64,000 nt of DNA from Escherichia coli (GCF_044647545.1 NZ_CP172818.1), one strand, 5' to 3'; shown: positions 1 through 14,858, numbered from the stretch's first letter. The notes: generated from the letters alone by a model not told the origin. Made by a program: numbers and translations.

Positions 1-574
1 CGTTCATTGGCGTGGCGATCGCCCCAGGTGCGACTGCGTTCACCAAAATTTTATGCCTGACCAACTCCAGCGCCATTGCTTTGGTTAACCCGCCGAGCGC
101 ATGTTTAGCGGCTGTGTAGGCGCTGGCATCCGGCAGCGGCGTATGTTCATGTACCGATGTAATGTTGATGATGCGACCGCCCTGCCCTTGCTTCACCATC
201 TGGCGGGCAGCAATTTGCGAGCATAAAAATGCACCATCGACATCAACGGTAAAAATCTTGCGCCACTCATCGAAAGCCATATCAAGAAACGGCGCTTTGG
301 TCATTGCGCCCGCATTATTCACCAGCACATCGATGCGCCCCAGTCGATGAATGAGTTTCTCCAGCGCCTGCGCACCTTCTGGCAGATTACCGAGATCCAG
401 CTGCACGATCTCCGCACGTACGCCGTGGCTAACCACCTCACGCGCAGTATCTTTTGCCCCTTCTTCATCTGAGTGCCAGGTAATACCAATATCAAACCCC
501 TGCTGCGCCAGTAATAACGCGCACTCTTTGCCGATCCCCGAATCGGAGGCGGTAATTATCGCGACCTGTGCCAT
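1..574 (-). CDS. yohF: Short-chain dehydrogenase/reductase YohF, 5' portion only (3' end lies beyond window start)
   Basis: Reverse-strand translation starts MAQVAIITASDSGIGKECALLLAQQGFDIGITWHSDEEG (Rossmann SDR motif); start codon complement at 572-574; reading frame runs off the window edge. Confidence 0.85.
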   Translation of the reverse strand, partial: MAQVAIITASDSGIGKECALLLAQQGFDIGITWHSDEEGAKDTAREVVSHGVRAEIVQLDLGNLPEGAQALEKLIHRLGRIDVLVNNAGAMTKAPFLDMAFDEWRKIFTVDVDGAFLCSQIAARQMVKQGQGGRIINITSVHEHTPLPDASAYTAAKHALGGLTKAMALELVRHKILVNAVAPGAIATPMN

Positions 575-626
575 CGAGTTCTCCACTTAACGCTGAATAA
601 ATGTTAAGTATAGAAGGCGCATATCA

Positions 627-2063
627 TCAGCGTTTGTAACCCCCGCCCAGCGCACCGGTGAGTTGAATGGAGGCATCCAGCCACTGCCCTTGCAATAACA
701 AGCCATTGGCCCGCTCACGCAGCGCGGGGATTCTGGCTTCGCTGACGCGGGAACCAGCAATGATGCCCGCGTTAAAGCGCGCCTGCGCAAGACCTACCAC
801 ACGCAAGGCATCGTGCTCAATTTGCGCCTGATGCTGGTTTTTCTCCGCCAGTGTCTGAACCTGGCTGGCCGCCCGCGCCACGTCATTCACCGCTTCAACC
901 ACCGCTTTGTTGTAGCTGGCGATAGACAAGTTGCTTTCGGCTTTTGCGATATCGAGGTTGGCGTTAAGACGACCACTATCGAAAATGGGTAGCGTCAGGC
1001 CTGCCGTAACGCCCATTTGCTGCGCGGAATGACGGAACAGATCGCTTAAGTGCAACGCATCCTGTTGCAGGAAGGCCATCAGGTTGATGTCAGGATAAAA
1101 TGCCGCTTTTGCCGCATCAATGGTGCTTAGCGATGACTCAACGTACCAGTGCGCCGCCTGCAAATCTGCCCGCCGCGCCAGTAAGGAGTACCCCAGTTCA
1201 TCAGGAAGCTGGCTTGCCACTTTCGGCAACGCGACCGGATTAAGCTTCAATGCCTTTGTCTGGTGATTTGTAAGTGCGCTTAACCGTGCCTCAATAATTT
1301 TCATTTTCCCCGCGACATCGTTGAGCTGCTGCCGGGTTTTGCTGGCATTAATATCGGTTTCCACACCTTCAACTGAAGAAGTAATCCCGTTCTGATATAG
1401 CTGGCGATCGGTGGCGATAATGGTGTTCTGCTCTTTTTCGATTTGCTGCAAGACCGTGTTTAACGCCGCCTGGGTTTGCCACTCCCAGTACAGGCGGGCT
1501 ACGCTGCCAGCCAGCAATTGGCGGGTTTGCTCGCGTTCCGCCACCCGTGCTTTAACCGTACCCAGGCGAGCAGTTACCTCCGCCCGATTCTTTCCCCAGA
1601 TATCGAGATGCCAGCCCGCCGTTAAGCCAAAAGTACCGTTGGTGTACCACGGACCGGTCGTACCTGCGGCAGGATCGTTCAAAGCAAACGGCCCCATTAA
1701 CCCTTCTGCCGACATTTTTTGCCGCTCCATATCCGCAGAAAAGTCGAGCTGTGGACCATCCTGAGTGGCAACTGCCTTCGCCTGGGCTTCAGCCAGCTGA
1801 ATGCGCTGTTCAGCCACCTGCATATCCGGTGCGTTCTGTAGTGCGTTATTAATTAATGAGGTGAGTTGATTATCGTGATACTCCAGCCACCATTGGCTGT
1901 CTGGCCAACCATTTTTCAGCGCCGTGGGTAATGCGGTGTCAACTTGTGCCGCGGGTGTTTGCTGGCTTAACGCCTGGCGGGTTTCATGCATAGGCGCACA
2001 CCCGGCTAGCATCAGTAACAGCGGAAAACAGGCGATGGCTGGATAAAAAGAATCACGATTCAT
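627..2063 (-). CDS. mdtQ: TolC/OprM-family outer membrane efflux lipoprotein MdtQ; uninterrupted ORF here
   Basis: Track ORF 627..2153; internal start chosen at MNRDSFYPAIACFPLLLMLAGC (lipoprotein signal with lipobox LAGC), giving 478 aa; ends GALGGGYKR. Confidence 0.85.
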   Translation of the reverse strand: MNRDSFYPAIACFPLLLMLAGCAPMHETRQALSQQTPAAQVDTALPTALKNGWPDSQWWLEYHDNQLTSLINNALQNAPDMQVAEQRIQLAEAQAKAVATQDGPQLDFSADMERQKMSAEGLMGPFALNDPAAGTTGPWYTNGTFGLTAGWHLDIWGKNRAEVTARLGTVKARVAEREQTRQLLAGSVARLYWEWQTQAALNTVLQQIEKEQNTIIATDRQLYQNGITSSVEGVETDINASKTRQQLNDVAGKMKIIEARLSALTNHQTKALKLNPVALPKVASQLPDELGYSLLARRADLQAAHWYVESSLSTIDAAKAAFYPDINLMAFLQQDALHLSDLFRHSAQQMGVTAGLTLPIFDSGRLNANLDIAKAESNLSIASYNKAVVEAVNDVARAASQVQTLAEKNQHQAQIEHDALRVVGLAQARFNAGIIAGSRVSEARIPALRERANGLLLQGQWLDASIQLTGALGGGYKR

Positions 2064-2286
2064 GGGGGAATAATCAGGTAAGAAAAGGTGCGCGGAGATT
2101 ACCGTGTGTTGCGATATATTTTTTAGTTTCGCGTGGCAATACATCAGTGGCAATAAAACGACATATCCAGAAAAATATACACTAAGCGAATGATATCTTC
2201 CGATTTATCTTAATCGTTTATGAATAGCGGCAAAGGGCTTCGTTTTTTCCTATACTTATTCAGCACTCACAAATAAAGGAACGCCA

Positions 2287-2370
2287 ATGAAAATTATACT
2301 CTGGGCTGTATTGATTATTTTCCTGATTGGGCTACTGGTGGTGACTGGCGTATTTAAGATGATATTTTAA
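2287..2370 (+). CDS. yohP: Small membrane protein YohP (27 aa)
   Basis: ATG at 2287, translation MKIILWAVLIIFLIGLLVVTGVFKMIF, stop TAA at 2368-2370; single hydrophobic helix; not in the ORF track because below its size cutoff. Confidence 0.8.
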   Translation: MKIILWAVLIIFLIGLLVVTGVFKMIF

Positions 2371-2742
2371 AATTAATTAATGTCATCAGGTCCGAAAATA
2401 ACGAGAATATTTCAGTCTCTCATCCTGTTGCGCTCCTGTCATGTGCATTGCTTCATATAATCACTGGCGCAAGGAGCGCGCAGGGGGCGGCCAATCGCCG
2501 CCGCCCCCTGCACCCCCGGGCTCTGGCGAACAAAATCGCCGCTGCGCGGTGCCCTCGGCTTATCCCTTACGGCTACCGGGTCGGGCGCGAGGTAACATCC
2601 CTGTAAAACGCGCCCTCAGCCCACATCCATGTGGGCTGCCCCGGCCTTCAGGGAACGCCTCGGCAATTTTGACGCCACCAAACAACCGTGCGGCCTATTG
2701 ATAAAGAGCTAACACATTGTCAAAAAACATCACTATGGTTTT

Positions 2743-3690
2743 TTAGAGTTTATCGATATCAATTGCCTGAATAGCCCTTGCAATATCAGGGGAATTATTC
2801 AACATCCGAACATGCTGAAATAATTCTGTTGCTTCATCGTATTCTTTACGCAAATAACTCAACCACTGTTTAATCCGCGCTACGTGATATAACCCGGTAT
2901 CGCCCTGCTTTTCCAGACGGGTATATTTTTGCAGCAAAGCAACTACCTCCGGCCATGGCATTCGCGGTTCGTTATATTTTACCACCCGGCTCAGGTTGGG
3001 AATATTGAGCGCCCCGCGACCAATCATCACTGCGTCGCATCCGCTGATCGTCATGCATTGTTGCGCACTCTGCCAGTCCCAGATTTCACCGTTGGCAATC
3101 ACCGGAATATTCAGCCGCTGGCGAATCTCGCCAATCGCCTGCCAGTCAATATGCTCCGCGCGGTAACCCTGCTCTTTTGTCCGCCCATGTACTACCAGCT
3201 CCGTAGCGCCAGCCTGTTGCACCGCATCGGCGATTTCAAATTTCTTCTCACCGCTGTCCCAGCCCAGACGCACTTTTACGCTGACGGGCAAATGCGCCGG
3301 TACAGCTTCGCGCATCGCTTTTGCACCCTGATAGATGAGTTCAGGATCTTTGAGTAACGTCGCCCCACCGCCGCTACCGTTAACCGTTTTCGACGGGCAG
3401 CCGCAATTGAGATCCACGCCCCAGGAACCTAACTCGACCGCACGGGCGGCATTCTCTGCCAGCCATTGTGGGAACTGACCTAACAACTGCACGCGCACCA
3501 GCGTACCAGATGGTGTCCGGCTGGCGTTTTGTAGCTCAGGGCAAATGCGATGAAAGACTTTTACCGGCAGCAGTTGATCCACCACGCGGACAAACTCGGT
3601 GATGCACAGATCGTAGTCGTTAACTTCGGTCAGTAATTCCCGCACCAGAGAGTCAAGTACACCCTCCATCGGAGCCAGTAACACACGCAT
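2743..3690 (-). CDS. dusC: tRNA-dihydrouridine synthase C
   Basis: Track ORF 2743..3756 trimmed to [13 protein letters not shown] start, giving 315 aa; Dus family TIM-barrel signature. Confidence 0.92.
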   Translation of the reverse strand: MRVLLAPMEGVLDSLVRELLTEVNDYDLCITEFVRVVDQLLPVKVFHRICPELQNASRTPSGTLVRVQLLGQFPQWLAENAARAVELGSWGVDLNCGCPSKTVNGSGGGATLLKDPELIYQGAKAMREAVPAHLPVSVKVRLGWDSGEKKFEIADAVQQAGATELVVHGRTKEQGYRAEHIDWQAIGEIRQRLNIPVIANGEIWDWQSAQQCMTISGCDAVMIGRGALNIPNLSRVVKYNEPRMPWPEVVALLQKYTRLEKQGDTGLYHVARIKQWLSYLRKEYDEATELFQHVRMLNNSPDIARAIQAIDIDKL

Positions 3691-3892
3691 ATCATCACCC
3701 GCAAAAAAATGAGGCGCTATGTTAGCGCCTATGGTCAGCGGATTAAAGGTCTGCAAAGAGGGATTGCTGCAAACTGCAATCCCTCTCTATGCTTGATGTA
3801 TGCCTGAGTTCGCTGCTCATTGCGTAATGCCCGGGAGCGAAAAAATAAGCGCTGATTTCTTAATGTGATCGGTAGCACGTTTTACGAATTAA

Positions 3893-5019
<1,127 letters not shown>

Positions 5020-5023
5020 AATT

Positions 5024-5059
5024 TGCGATGCGTCGCGCATTTTTGATGTAAGTTTCACG
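5024..5059 (+). promoter_or_regulatory. cdd promoter tandem CRP sites (TGCGATGCGTCGCGCA at 5024-5039 and TGATGTAAGTTTCACG at 5044-5059), with a candidate -10 CATAAT at 5065-5070
   Basis: Two TGTGA-N6-TCACA-like palindromes spaced about 20 bp apart upstream of cdd; matches the known CRP/CytR-regulated cdd promoter architecture. Confidence 0.6.
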
Positions 5060-5148
5060 CGTTGCATAATTAATGAGATTCAGATCACATATAAAGCCAT
5101 AACGGGTTCGTAAACTGTTATCCCATTACATGATTATGAGGCAACGCC

Positions 5149-7144
<1,996 letters not shown>

Positions 7145-7337
7145 TATTTTCCCTTTTCTGTTAATTATTGAGAATAATTATTACTTCACTTAATAAGCTG
7201 CGGATATAACATTCTGAACCGCAGCTATTTGTGAATCCTTTCACAGTTTAAATTTCCCCACGCGCATAGCCTTAATATCAGCACGCAATATTTATTTAGC
7301 GTTCGCCTTAATTACTCATAGCATTAAGGAAGATCAC

Positions 7338-8576
7338 ATGCCGCAACAAAATTATCTGGATGAACTCACTCCGGCTTTTACGCCTTTACTGGCGATTAAA
7401 GAAGCCTCTCGCTGTTTATTATGTCATGACGCCCCCTGTAGTCAGGCTTGCCCGGCACAGACCGATCCAGGGAAATTTATCCGCTCAATTTATTTTCGTA
7501 ATTTTAAAGGTGCTGCCGAGACGATTCGCGAAAATAATGCTTTAGGTGCTGTATGCGCCAGAGTGTGCCCGACGGAGAAATTATGCCAAAGCGGTTGTAC
7601 CCGTGCCGGTGTTGATACTCCCATTGATATCGGTCGCTTACAGCGTTTTGTTACTGATTTTGAACAACAAACTGGGATGGAAATTTATCAGCCCGGTACT
7701 AAAACGCTCGGCAAAGTCGCGATTATTGGCGCGGGTCCTGCCGGATTGCAGGCCAGTGTGACACTGACAAACCAGGGTTATGACGTCACGATCTATGAGA
7801 AAGAAGCACAACCCGGTGGCTGGTTGCGTAACGGCATTCCGCAATTCCGGTTACCGCAATCAGTACTGGATGCAGAAATCGCCCGTATTGAAAAAATGGG
7901 CGTGACCATTAAATGCAATAACGAAATCGGTAACACACTCACCCTGGAGCAGCTGAAAGCGGAAAACCGCGCGGTACTGGTCACCGTGGGGTTATCGAGC
8001 GGTTCGGGGCTACCACTGTTTGAGCATAGCGACGTTGAGATTGCCGTCGACTTCCTGCAACGTGCACGACAGGCGCAAGGCGATATCAGCATTCCACAAA
8101 GCGCATTAATTATCGGCGGCGGTGATGTCGCGATGGACGTAGCCAGCACGCTGAAAGTTCTCGGCTGTCAGGCAGTAACTTGCGTAGCGCGTGAAGAGTT
8201 AGATGAGTTTCCGGCAAGCGAAAAAGAGTTTGCCAGCGCCCGGGAGCTGGGCGTTTCGATCATTGATGGATTCACGCCAGTAGCCGTGGAAGGCAATAAA
8301 GTCACGTTTAAGCATGTACGGTTACCGGGCGAACTGACGATGGCGGCAGATAAAATTATTCTCGCCGTCGGTCAGCATGCCAGACTGGATGCCTTTGCGG
8401 AGTTAGAGCCGCAGCGTAACACCATCAATACACAAAATTACCAGACCCGCGATCCGCAAGTCTTTGCTGCTGGCGATATTGTTGAGGGGGACAAAACCGT
8501 GGTCTATGCCGTGAAAACCGGGAAAGAAGCCGCCGAGGCGATTCATCACTATTTAGAGGGAGCTTGCTCATGTTAA
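7338..8576 (+). CDS. preT: NAD-dependent dihydropyrimidine dehydrogenase subunit PreT
   Basis: 412 aa; Fe-S cysteine cluster and GAGPAG FAD/NAD-binding motif. Confidence 0.93.
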   Translation: MPQQNYLDELTPAFTPLLAIKEASRCLLCHDAPCSQACPAQTDPGKFIRSIYFRNFKGAAETIRENNALGAVCARVCPTEKLCQSGCTRAGVDTPIDIGRLQRFVTDFEQQTGMEIYQPGTKTLGKVAIIGAGPAGLQASVTLTNQGYDVTIYEKEAQPGGWLRNGIPQFRLPQSVLDAEIARIEKMGVTIKCNNEIGNTLTLEQLKAENRAVLVTVGLSSGSGLPLFEHSDVEIAVDFLQRARQAQGDISIPQSALIIGGGDVAMDVASTLKVLGCQAVTCVAREELDEFPASEKEFASARELGVSIIDGFTPVAVEGNKVTFKHVRLPGELTMAADKIILAVGQHARLDAFAELEPQRNTINTQNYQTRDPQVFAAGDIVEGDKTVVYAVKTGKEAAEAIHHYLEGACSC

Positions 8577-9805
8577 CGAAAGATCTTTCGATTACTTTTT
8601 GCGGCGTGAAGTTTCCCAACCCGTTCTGCCTCTCTTCTTCGCCGGTAGGCAACTGCTATGAGATGTGTGCCAAAGCCTACGACACTGGCTGGGGCGGCGT
8701 GGTGTTTAAAACGATCGGCTTTTTTATCGCCAACGAAGTCTCGCCGCGTTTTGATCATCTGGTGAAAGAAGATACCGGTTTTATCGGCTTCAAAAATATG
8801 GAGCAGATTGCTGAACATCCGTTGGAAGAGAATCTGGCCGCCCTGCGTCGGCTGAAAGAAGATTACCCGGACAAAGTATTGATCGCTTCAATCATGGGCG
8901 AAAATGAGCAGCAATGGGAAGAGCTGGCGCGTCTGGTGCAAGAAGCTGGCGCGGATATGATCGAGTGTAACTTCTCCTGTCCGCAAATGACTTCTCATGC
9001 GATGGGTAGCGATGTCGGGCAAAGCCCGGAGCTGGTAGAAAAATATTGTCGGGCAGTAAAACGTGGTTCCACGCTGCCAATGCTGGCGAAGATGACGCCG
9101 AATATCGGTGATATGTGCGAAGTGGCGCTGGCGGCGAAGCGCGGCGGCGCAGATGGCATTGCGGCGATTAACACCGTTAAATCCATCACCAATATCGATC
9201 TTAATCAGAAAATCGGTATGCCGATCGTTAACGGTAAATCGAGTATTTCCGGATATTCCGGTAAAGCGGTAAAACCGATCGCCCTGCGCTTCATTCAGCA
9301 AATGCGTACCCATCCAGAGCTGCGCGATTTCCCGATCAGCGGTATCGGCGGTATTGAAACCTGGGAAGATGCGGCGGAGTTTTTATTGCTCGGTGCAGCG
9401 ACGTTGCAGGTGACCACCGGCATTATGCAGTACGGGTATCGGATAGTGGAAGATATGGCGAGCGGGTTGTCGCATTATCTCGCCGATCAGGGATTTGATT
9501 CGTTGCAGGAGATGGTAGGTCTGGCGAATAACAATATTGTCCCGGCGGAAGATTTAGACCGCAGTTATATTGTCTATCCCCATATCAATCTCGATAAATG
9601 TGTTGGCTGTGGACGCTGTTATATTTCCTGTTACGACGGCGGTCACCAGGCGATGGAATGGAGCGAGAAAACCCGTACACCGCATTGTAATACCGAGAAA
9701 TGTGTGGGTTGCCTGCTTTGTGGTCACGTCTGCCCGGTGGGTTGTATTGATCTCGGAGAAGTGAAGTTTAAGAAAGGCGAGAAAGAACACCCGGTAACGT
9801 TGTAG
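8570..9805 (+). CDS. preA: NAD-dependent dihydropyrimidine dehydrogenase subunit PreA
   Basis: Start trimmed to ATG at 8570 ([19 protein letters not shown], 411 aa); 7-nt overlap with preT; C-terminal ferredoxin-like Cys motifs. Confidence 0.93.
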   Translation: MLTKDLSITFCGVKFPNPFCLSSSPVGNCYEMCAKAYDTGWGGVVFKTIGFFIANEVSPRFDHLVKEDTGFIGFKNMEQIAEHPLEENLAALRRLKEDYPDKVLIASIMGENEQQWEELARLVQEAGADMIECNFSCPQMTSHAMGSDVGQSPELVEKYCRAVKRGSTLPMLAKMTPNIGDMCEVALAAKRGGADGIAAINTVKSITNIDLNQKIGMPIVNGKSSISGYSGKAVKPIALRFIQQMRTHPELRDFPISGIGGIETWEDAAEFLLLGAATLQVTTGIMQYGYRIVEDMASGLSHYLADQGFDSLQEMVGLANNNIVPAEDLDRSYIVYPHINLDKCVGCGRCYISCYDGGHQAMEWSEKTRTPHCNTEKCVGCLLCGHVCPVGCIDLGEVKFKKGEKEHPVTL

Positions 9806-9855
9806 AACCCGCGTCACATCCGGCATTTGCCCGCCGGAGAATACCCACATTCACA

Positions 9856-10866
9856 TCATTTCTTACGCGCGTATTTCAGTGAATCCAGCGCTACGGCGAA
9901 GATAATAATCGCCCCTTTGATGATGTACTGCCAGTATGGGTTTACGCCGATATACGTCAGGCCATAGTTGATGACGGTAAAAATAATTACCCCGGTCACC
10001 ACGCCAATCACCGTCCCCACACCGCCGCTGAACGATACGCCGCCTACCACGCACGCCGCGATAGCATCCAGCTCATACATAAAGCCGAGGTTATTGGTGG
10101 CTGAGCCGATACGTCCGGCTTCTAACATCCCGCCGAAGGCATAGAACACACCAGACAACGCGTAGATCATCAGCAGGTTCAGGCCGACGTTGACACCAGA
10201 TACTTTCGCCGCTTCCGGGTTACCGCCAATGGCAAAAATGTTCTTACCGAAGCGGGTTTTGTTCCACAACACCCAGACGAACGCCACCGCAATCAACGCG
10301 TAGAAGGTGATGTAAGAGAGACGGAAACTCCCCAGCGCGACAAAGCCCTGAGCAAAGGTAGAGAAGCCACTGTCGAAACCAGAAATCGGCGACGCCCCGA
10401 CAAAGTCGTAATAGAGCGAGTTGATGCCATAGACGATGATCATCGTGCCGAGCGTGGTAATGAACGGCGTCACGTTGAGATAAGCGATAATCAGGCCGTT
10501 GATCAAACCGATCACCGCACCAATGGCACAGACAATCAGAATAACCAGCGCAATCGGCATCGTCGCCATTTCCGGGAACACTTTGTTGGCGTTATCCATG
10601 GACTGCAATAACGTCGCCGCTACTACTGCCGCCAGCCCCACCTGGCGACCTGCAGAAAGGTCGGTCCCCTGGGTGACAATTAACCCTGCCACACCAAGCG
10701 CGATAATAATACGCACCGATGACTGGGTGAGAATATTACTTAAGTTCAACAGACTTAAAAATGTTGGGTCCTGGAAAATAATAATCGCCAGCAAAACTAA
10801 AAGAACGACGTAAATACCGCCTTCTTTCAGGTAAGTAAGAAAACTTTTCTTATTTAACGCACTCAT
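9856..10866 (-). CDS. mglC: Galactose/methyl-galactoside ABC transporter permease
   Basis: 336 aa, MSALNKKSFLTYLKEGGIYVVLLVL. Confidence 0.95.
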   Translation of the reverse strand: MSALNKKSFLTYLKEGGIYVVLLVLLAIIIFQDPTFLSLLNLSNILTQSSVRIIIALGVAGLIVTQGTDLSAGRQVGLAAVVAATLLQSMDNANKVFPEMATMPIALVILIVCAIGAVIGLINGLIIAYLNVTPFITTLGTMIIVYGINSLYYDFVGASPISGFDSGFSTFAQGFVALGSFRLSYITFYALIAVAFVWVLWNKTRFGKNIFAIGGNPEAAKVSGVNVGLNLLMIYALSGVFYAFGGMLEAGRIGSATNNLGFMYELDAIAACVVGGVSFSGGVGTVIGVVTGVIIFTVINYGLTYIGVNPYWQYIIKGAIIIFAVALDSLKYARKK

Positions 10867-10881
10867 GGGAAGCCCCTAATC

Positions 10882-12402
10882 TTAAAGGTGCAAAGACGCA
10901 AGACGCAGAATTTCGCTTTGCGTTGTTGTTTTTGTATCGACAATTCCGGAAACGAGACCATTGCTCATGACCAGAATACGGTCTGTTATCCCTAACAACT
11001 CTGGCATTTCGGAGGAGATAATAATAATCCCCTTGCCTTTCTTCGCCAGTTCGGCAATTAACTGATAAATCTCAAACTTAGCCCCAACATCAATACCGCG
11101 CGTCGGTTCATCGAGCATTAATATTTCTGGTTGCGTTAACAGCCAGCGACCAATAATCACTTTTTGCTGATTACCACCGGAGAGCGAACCTATTTGCGTC
11201 CGATGACCTGGCGTTTTTACCCGCATCGAATCAATGACCCACTGGGTATCACTTTTCATCCGCGAATTATCCAGCAAGCCAACTTTATTTTTGTAGTTGC
11301 GAATATTGGAAATTAACGAGTTAAAACCGATATCCAGATAGGCATAAATTCCCGTTGAGCGGCGCTCCTCAGTTACCAGAGCAAATCCGTGGTTTATGGC
11401 TTCATTGGCATTATGGTTATTGATCTTTTTGCCGTGCAACGTAATGGTGCCAGCCGATTTCTCGCGAATACCAAATAACGTCTCAACAATATCGGTACGT
11501 TTCGCCCCCACCAGCCCGGCAATACCGAGGATCTCCCCTTTATGCAGATCAAACGAGACATCACGGATCGACGGCTGGCGCAGTGACGTCAGGTTACGCA
11601 CCTCGAGGATGACTTCGCCCGGCTTGTTTTCTTTGTCAGGGAAACGCTGGTTAAGAGAACGCCCAACCATCATGGCGATGATCTTGTCCATCGTCAGCCC
11701 TGCCAGCGGTTCGGTAGCGATCCACTGACCGTCGCGCAATACGGTAACTTCATCACATAACTGGAAGATTTCTTCCATTTTATGCGAGATATAAACAATA
11801 CCGCAGCCGCGCTCTTTTAATTTACGAATAATAGTGAACAGATGATTGACCTCTTTTTCGGTTAACGAAGAAGTCGGTTCATCCATAATCACAATTTTCG
11901 CGTTATAGGAAAACGCTTTGGCAATTTCGATCATCTGCATTTGCGAAACGGATAATGTGCCGACGCGTGCACGCGGATCGATATCAATATCCAGTTCATC
12001 AAAAATCGCTTTGGTTTCGCGGTACATTTTGTCTTGATCGACAAACATGCCTTTGGTGGGATATCGCCCCAGCCACATGTTATCCATCACCGAACGTTGT
12101 AATACCAGATTTAACTCCTGGTGTACCATCGAAATACCATTTTCCAGCGCTTCTTTGGCAGAATGGAAATCGATCTCTTTACCCTGGAATAAAATGGTGC
12201 CGGAGTCTTTTTGATAAATACCAAACAGGCATTTTAATAATGTCGATTTTCCTGCACCATTTTCCCCCATTAATGCATGGATAGAATGTGGTCGGACTTT
12301 TAAATTAACGTTATCAAGTGCCTTAACACCAGGAAAAGACTTGTTGATACCGCTCATTTCCAACAAGTATTCCCCGGAAGACGGAGTCGTTGAGCTGACC
12401 AT
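10882..12402 (-). CDS. mglA: Galactose/methyl-galactoside ABC transporter ATP-binding protein (duplicated ABC domains)
   Basis: 506 aa, [29 protein letters not shown]; Walker [10 protein letters not shown]. Confidence 0.95.
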   Translation of the reverse strand: MVSSTTPSSGEYLLEMSGINKSFPGVKALDNVNLKVRPHSIHALMGENGAGKSTLLKCLFGIYQKDSGTILFQGKEIDFHSAKEALENGISMVHQELNLVLQRSVMDNMWLGRYPTKGMFVDQDKMYRETKAIFDELDIDIDPRARVGTLSVSQMQMIEIAKAFSYNAKIVIMDEPTSSLTEKEVNHLFTIIRKLKERGCGIVYISHKMEEIFQLCDEVTVLRDGQWIATEPLAGLTMDKIIAMMVGRSLNQRFPDKENKPGEVILEVRNLTSLRQPSIRDVSFDLHKGEILGIAGLVGAKRTDIVETLFGIREKSAGTITLHGKKINNHNANEAINHGFALVTEERRSTGIYAYLDIGFNSLISNIRNYKNKVGLLDNSRMKSDTQWVIDSMRVKTPGHRTQIGSLSGGNQQKVIIGRWLLTQPEILMLDEPTRGIDVGAKFEIYQLIAELAKKGKGIIIISSEMPELLGITDRILVMSNGLVSGIVDTKTTTQSEILRLASLHL

Positions 12403-12462
12403 ATAATTTTACCTTGTTGGCCATACAATAAGGGCGCAGTAAACAACTGCGCCCAATCAGTC

Positions 12463-13461
12463 TTATTTCTTGCTGAATTCAGCCAGGTTGTCTTTATCTA
12501 CGCCAACATAAGGTACGCGGACCACTTTGTTGTCGATTTTCCAGTTGGTGCCATCAGCCGCACCTTTGCCATCGGCCAGGTTTTTCGCCAAATCAAAGGT
12601 CGCTTTCGCCTGGTTGTTAGCATCGTTCAGTACGGTGCCCGCCAGTGCACCGGATTTCACCAGCGCCAGCGCTTCTGGCAGCGCATCGACGCCAAACACC
12701 GGAATGCTGGACTTGTTGTGTGCTTTCAGTGCTTCTACCGCGCCCATTGCCATCGCATCGTTGTTGGCGATAACCACTTCGATTTTGTTGGCGTTCGGGC
12801 CAGATAGCCAGGCGTCCATCTTATCTTTCGCCTGAGCGGTATCCCACATAGCGGTATCTAACTGTAACTGTTCAGTTTTGATGCCTTTGTCGTTCAATTC
12901 TTTAATCACGTAAGTGGTACGTGCTTCTGCATCCGGATGGCCCGGCTCACCTTTCAGCAGTACGAACTGAATCTGACCGTCTTTGTTCAGATCCCAACCC
13001 TGATTCGCCGCCCAGTGTTTAGCAATCAAATCGCCCTGAATAATGCCGGACTCTTTGGAGTCAGTGCCAACGTAGTAGGCTTTGTCGTAGCTATCCAGCG
13101 CCTTACGAGACGGTTCTTTGTTGAAGAAAACCACCGGCACGTTTTGCCCACGCGCTTTCTCAATCACCGTACCCGCAGCTGCCGGGTCAACCAGGTTGAT
13201 TGCCAGTGCCTTCACCCCTTTCGCCAGCAATACGTCGATCTGATCGTTCTGCTTGGACTGGTCATTCTGAGAATCATTCATCAGCAGCTGAACATCTGGC
13301 GCGGCTTTCGCATCTTGCTCAATAGCCTTGCGCACTACAGACATAAAGTTATCGTCGTACTTATAGATTGTTACACCAATGCGAGTATCAGCAGCGTGTG
13401 CAGCGGCACCGAATAACATGCTGGCCATCACAGCAGACAGGGTTAACACCTTCTTATTCAT
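12463..13461 (-). CDS. mglB: Periplasmic D-galactose/D-glucose-binding protein
   Basis: 332 aa, [39 protein letters not shown]. Confidence 0.96.
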   Translation of the reverse strand: MNKKVLTLSAVMASMLFGAAAHAADTRIGVTIYKYDDNFMSVVRKAIEQDAKAAPDVQLLMNDSQNDQSKQNDQIDVLLAKGVKALAINLVDPAAAGTVIEKARGQNVPVVFFNKEPSRKALDSYDKAYYVGTDSKESGIIQGDLIAKHWAANQGWDLNKDGQIQFVLLKGEPGHPDAEARTTYVIKELNDKGIKTEQLQLDTAMWDTAQAKDKMDAWLSGPNANKIEVVIANNDAMAMGAVEALKAHNKSSIPVFGVDALPEALALVKSGALAGTVLNDANNQAKATFDLAKNLADGKGAADGTNWKIDNKVVRVPYVGVDKDNLAEFSKK

Positions 13462-13712
13462 GGTATCTCCGGTTTTTCTTATGCAGGGTAGTGCTTGAGA
13501 TAAATGCTCGGCGGGGCAGTAGAGTTAATGAAGTGTTACTGAACGCCGAAGCTCACTTTTTAAAATTCGTTCTTCCATGCCCGGTAACGCTCCAGAAAAC
13601 GGCTTTAATTGTTGTTATGACGCTATTACCTCGGTGAAAGTGATTATTCACTGTTACATACGGGTTACAACGTTAAAACGGTGCAATCATAGCTATCACA
13701 TTGTTAAGATAC

Positions 13713-13745
13713 TGTGAAATCACTCACAGATTGAAAGCGGTTACA
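13713..13745 (-). promoter_or_regulatory. mgl promoter module: consensus CRP site TGTGAAATCACTCACA (13713-13728) abutting a Gal-operator-like site (13729-13745, ATGTAACCGCTTTCAAT on the minus strand)
   Basis: Perfect TGTGA-N6-TCACA palindrome; adjacent sequence resembles GalR/GalS operator half-sites; plausible -10 TATGAT on the minus strand at 13686-13691. Confidence 0.55.
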
Positions 13746-14781
13746 TCGCCTGATTTGTTGAGTTAGTGATCGCCGCCGCATTCTGGCGCGTTGCGACAGA
13801 ATGACGACGCACTAACGTTGGCATAAAACAGTGGCTGGCACGAGGATCAATATTGCCTGCTGCCCCCTGCAAGGCCAGTTCGGTGGCTAATTTAGCCATT
13901 GAAGCAATGGGATAACGCACGGTCGTTAATTGCGGGTCGGTGTAACGGGCGATGGGAATATCATCGAAACCGATGATTGAGAGATGTAACGGAATCGCAA
14001 TGCCATTATCTTTTAATGCTGTCAGTGCGCCAGCAGCCATATTGTCGTTATAAGCAAATACAGCGGTAAGTTGTAGATTGCGCCCCAGCAGTTCAACCAT
14101 CGCCGCCTCACCGCCCGGCATGTCCGGCGTGCCAGTGCCAATCCAGCTTTCCGGCGGAATAATATTCTGCTCTTTCAACGCACTCATCCAGCCTGCTTTA
14201 CGCATGGCGTCATCTTCAATGCCGTGGCTGGAAGAAAGATAACCAATACGTTGATGACCGTTATTCAGCAACATGCGCGTCGCCATTCGGGCACCGCTGA
14301 GATTATCCAGGCAAACGCAACGATGGGCGTACCCCGGCACAACGCGGTTGATTAACACCATACCGGGAATGTTATCCATAAATTGTGCCAGTTCATCGTC
14401 ACTCAATGCTTTTGAGTGAACAATCAACGCATTACAACGCTGGCGAATTAACACCTCAATGGCGTGACGCTCTTTTTCCGCTTCATGATAGCTATTGCCG
14501 ATTAGCACGTATTTCTGATGCTGCTGGGCGACCAGATCCACCGCTTTTACCAGCGCGCCGAAAAACGCATCAGAAACGTCCATCACCACCACGCCAATGG
14601 TGTCGCTAACCTGAGTTGCCAGCGCCTGGGCATTGGCATTTGGTCGATAATCCAGCTCACTCACGGCTTTCATTACTGCTTCACGCGTGTCGGCACTGAC
14701 CAGCGTGCTGTTATTGAGCACTCGGGAAACCGTTGCCACAGAGACGCCAGCCTGACGCGCTACATCACGAATGGTGATCAT
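13741..14781 (-). CDS. galS: Galactose isorepressor GalS (LacI family)
   Basis: Track ORF trimmed to [25 protein letters not shown] (346 aa); N-terminal HTH. Confidence 0.93.
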   Translation of the reverse strand: MITIRDVARQAGVSVATVSRVLNNSTLVSADTREAVMKAVSELDYRPNANAQALATQVSDTIGVVVMDVSDAFFGALVKAVDLVAQQHQKYVLIGNSYHEAEKERHAIEVLIRQRCNALIVHSKALSDDELAQFMDNIPGMVLINRVVPGYAHRCVCLDNLSGARMATRMLLNNGHQRIGYLSSSHGIEDDAMRKAGWMSALKEQNIIPPESWIGTGTPDMPGGEAAMVELLGRNLQLTAVFAYNDNMAAGALTALKDNGIAIPLHLSIIGFDDIPIARYTDPQLTTVRYPIASMAKLATELALQGAAGNIDPRASHCFMPTLVRRHSVATRQNAAAITNSTNQAM

Positions 14782-14858
14782 ATTCACTACCTGTTATGAG
14801 ATTGCAGTAAATGACTGCTTGCTGGCGGCTATTTTGTCAGCACTGAATACAGGACTTC

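Noticed and set aside
2441-2701. 86-aa ORF rich in Pro/Gly/Arg (GGQSPPPPAPPGSGEQNRRC...)
   Set aside because: Lies entirely within a GC-rich palindromic intergenic element, has no ribosome-binding site and a composition typical of GC-rich non-coding DNA; treated as part of the structured element instead.
9806-9855. Weak hairpin CCGGCATTTGCCCGCCGG between convergent preA and mglC as a possible bidirectional terminator
   Set aside because: Short GC stem without a convincing U-tract on either strand; not strong enough to call.
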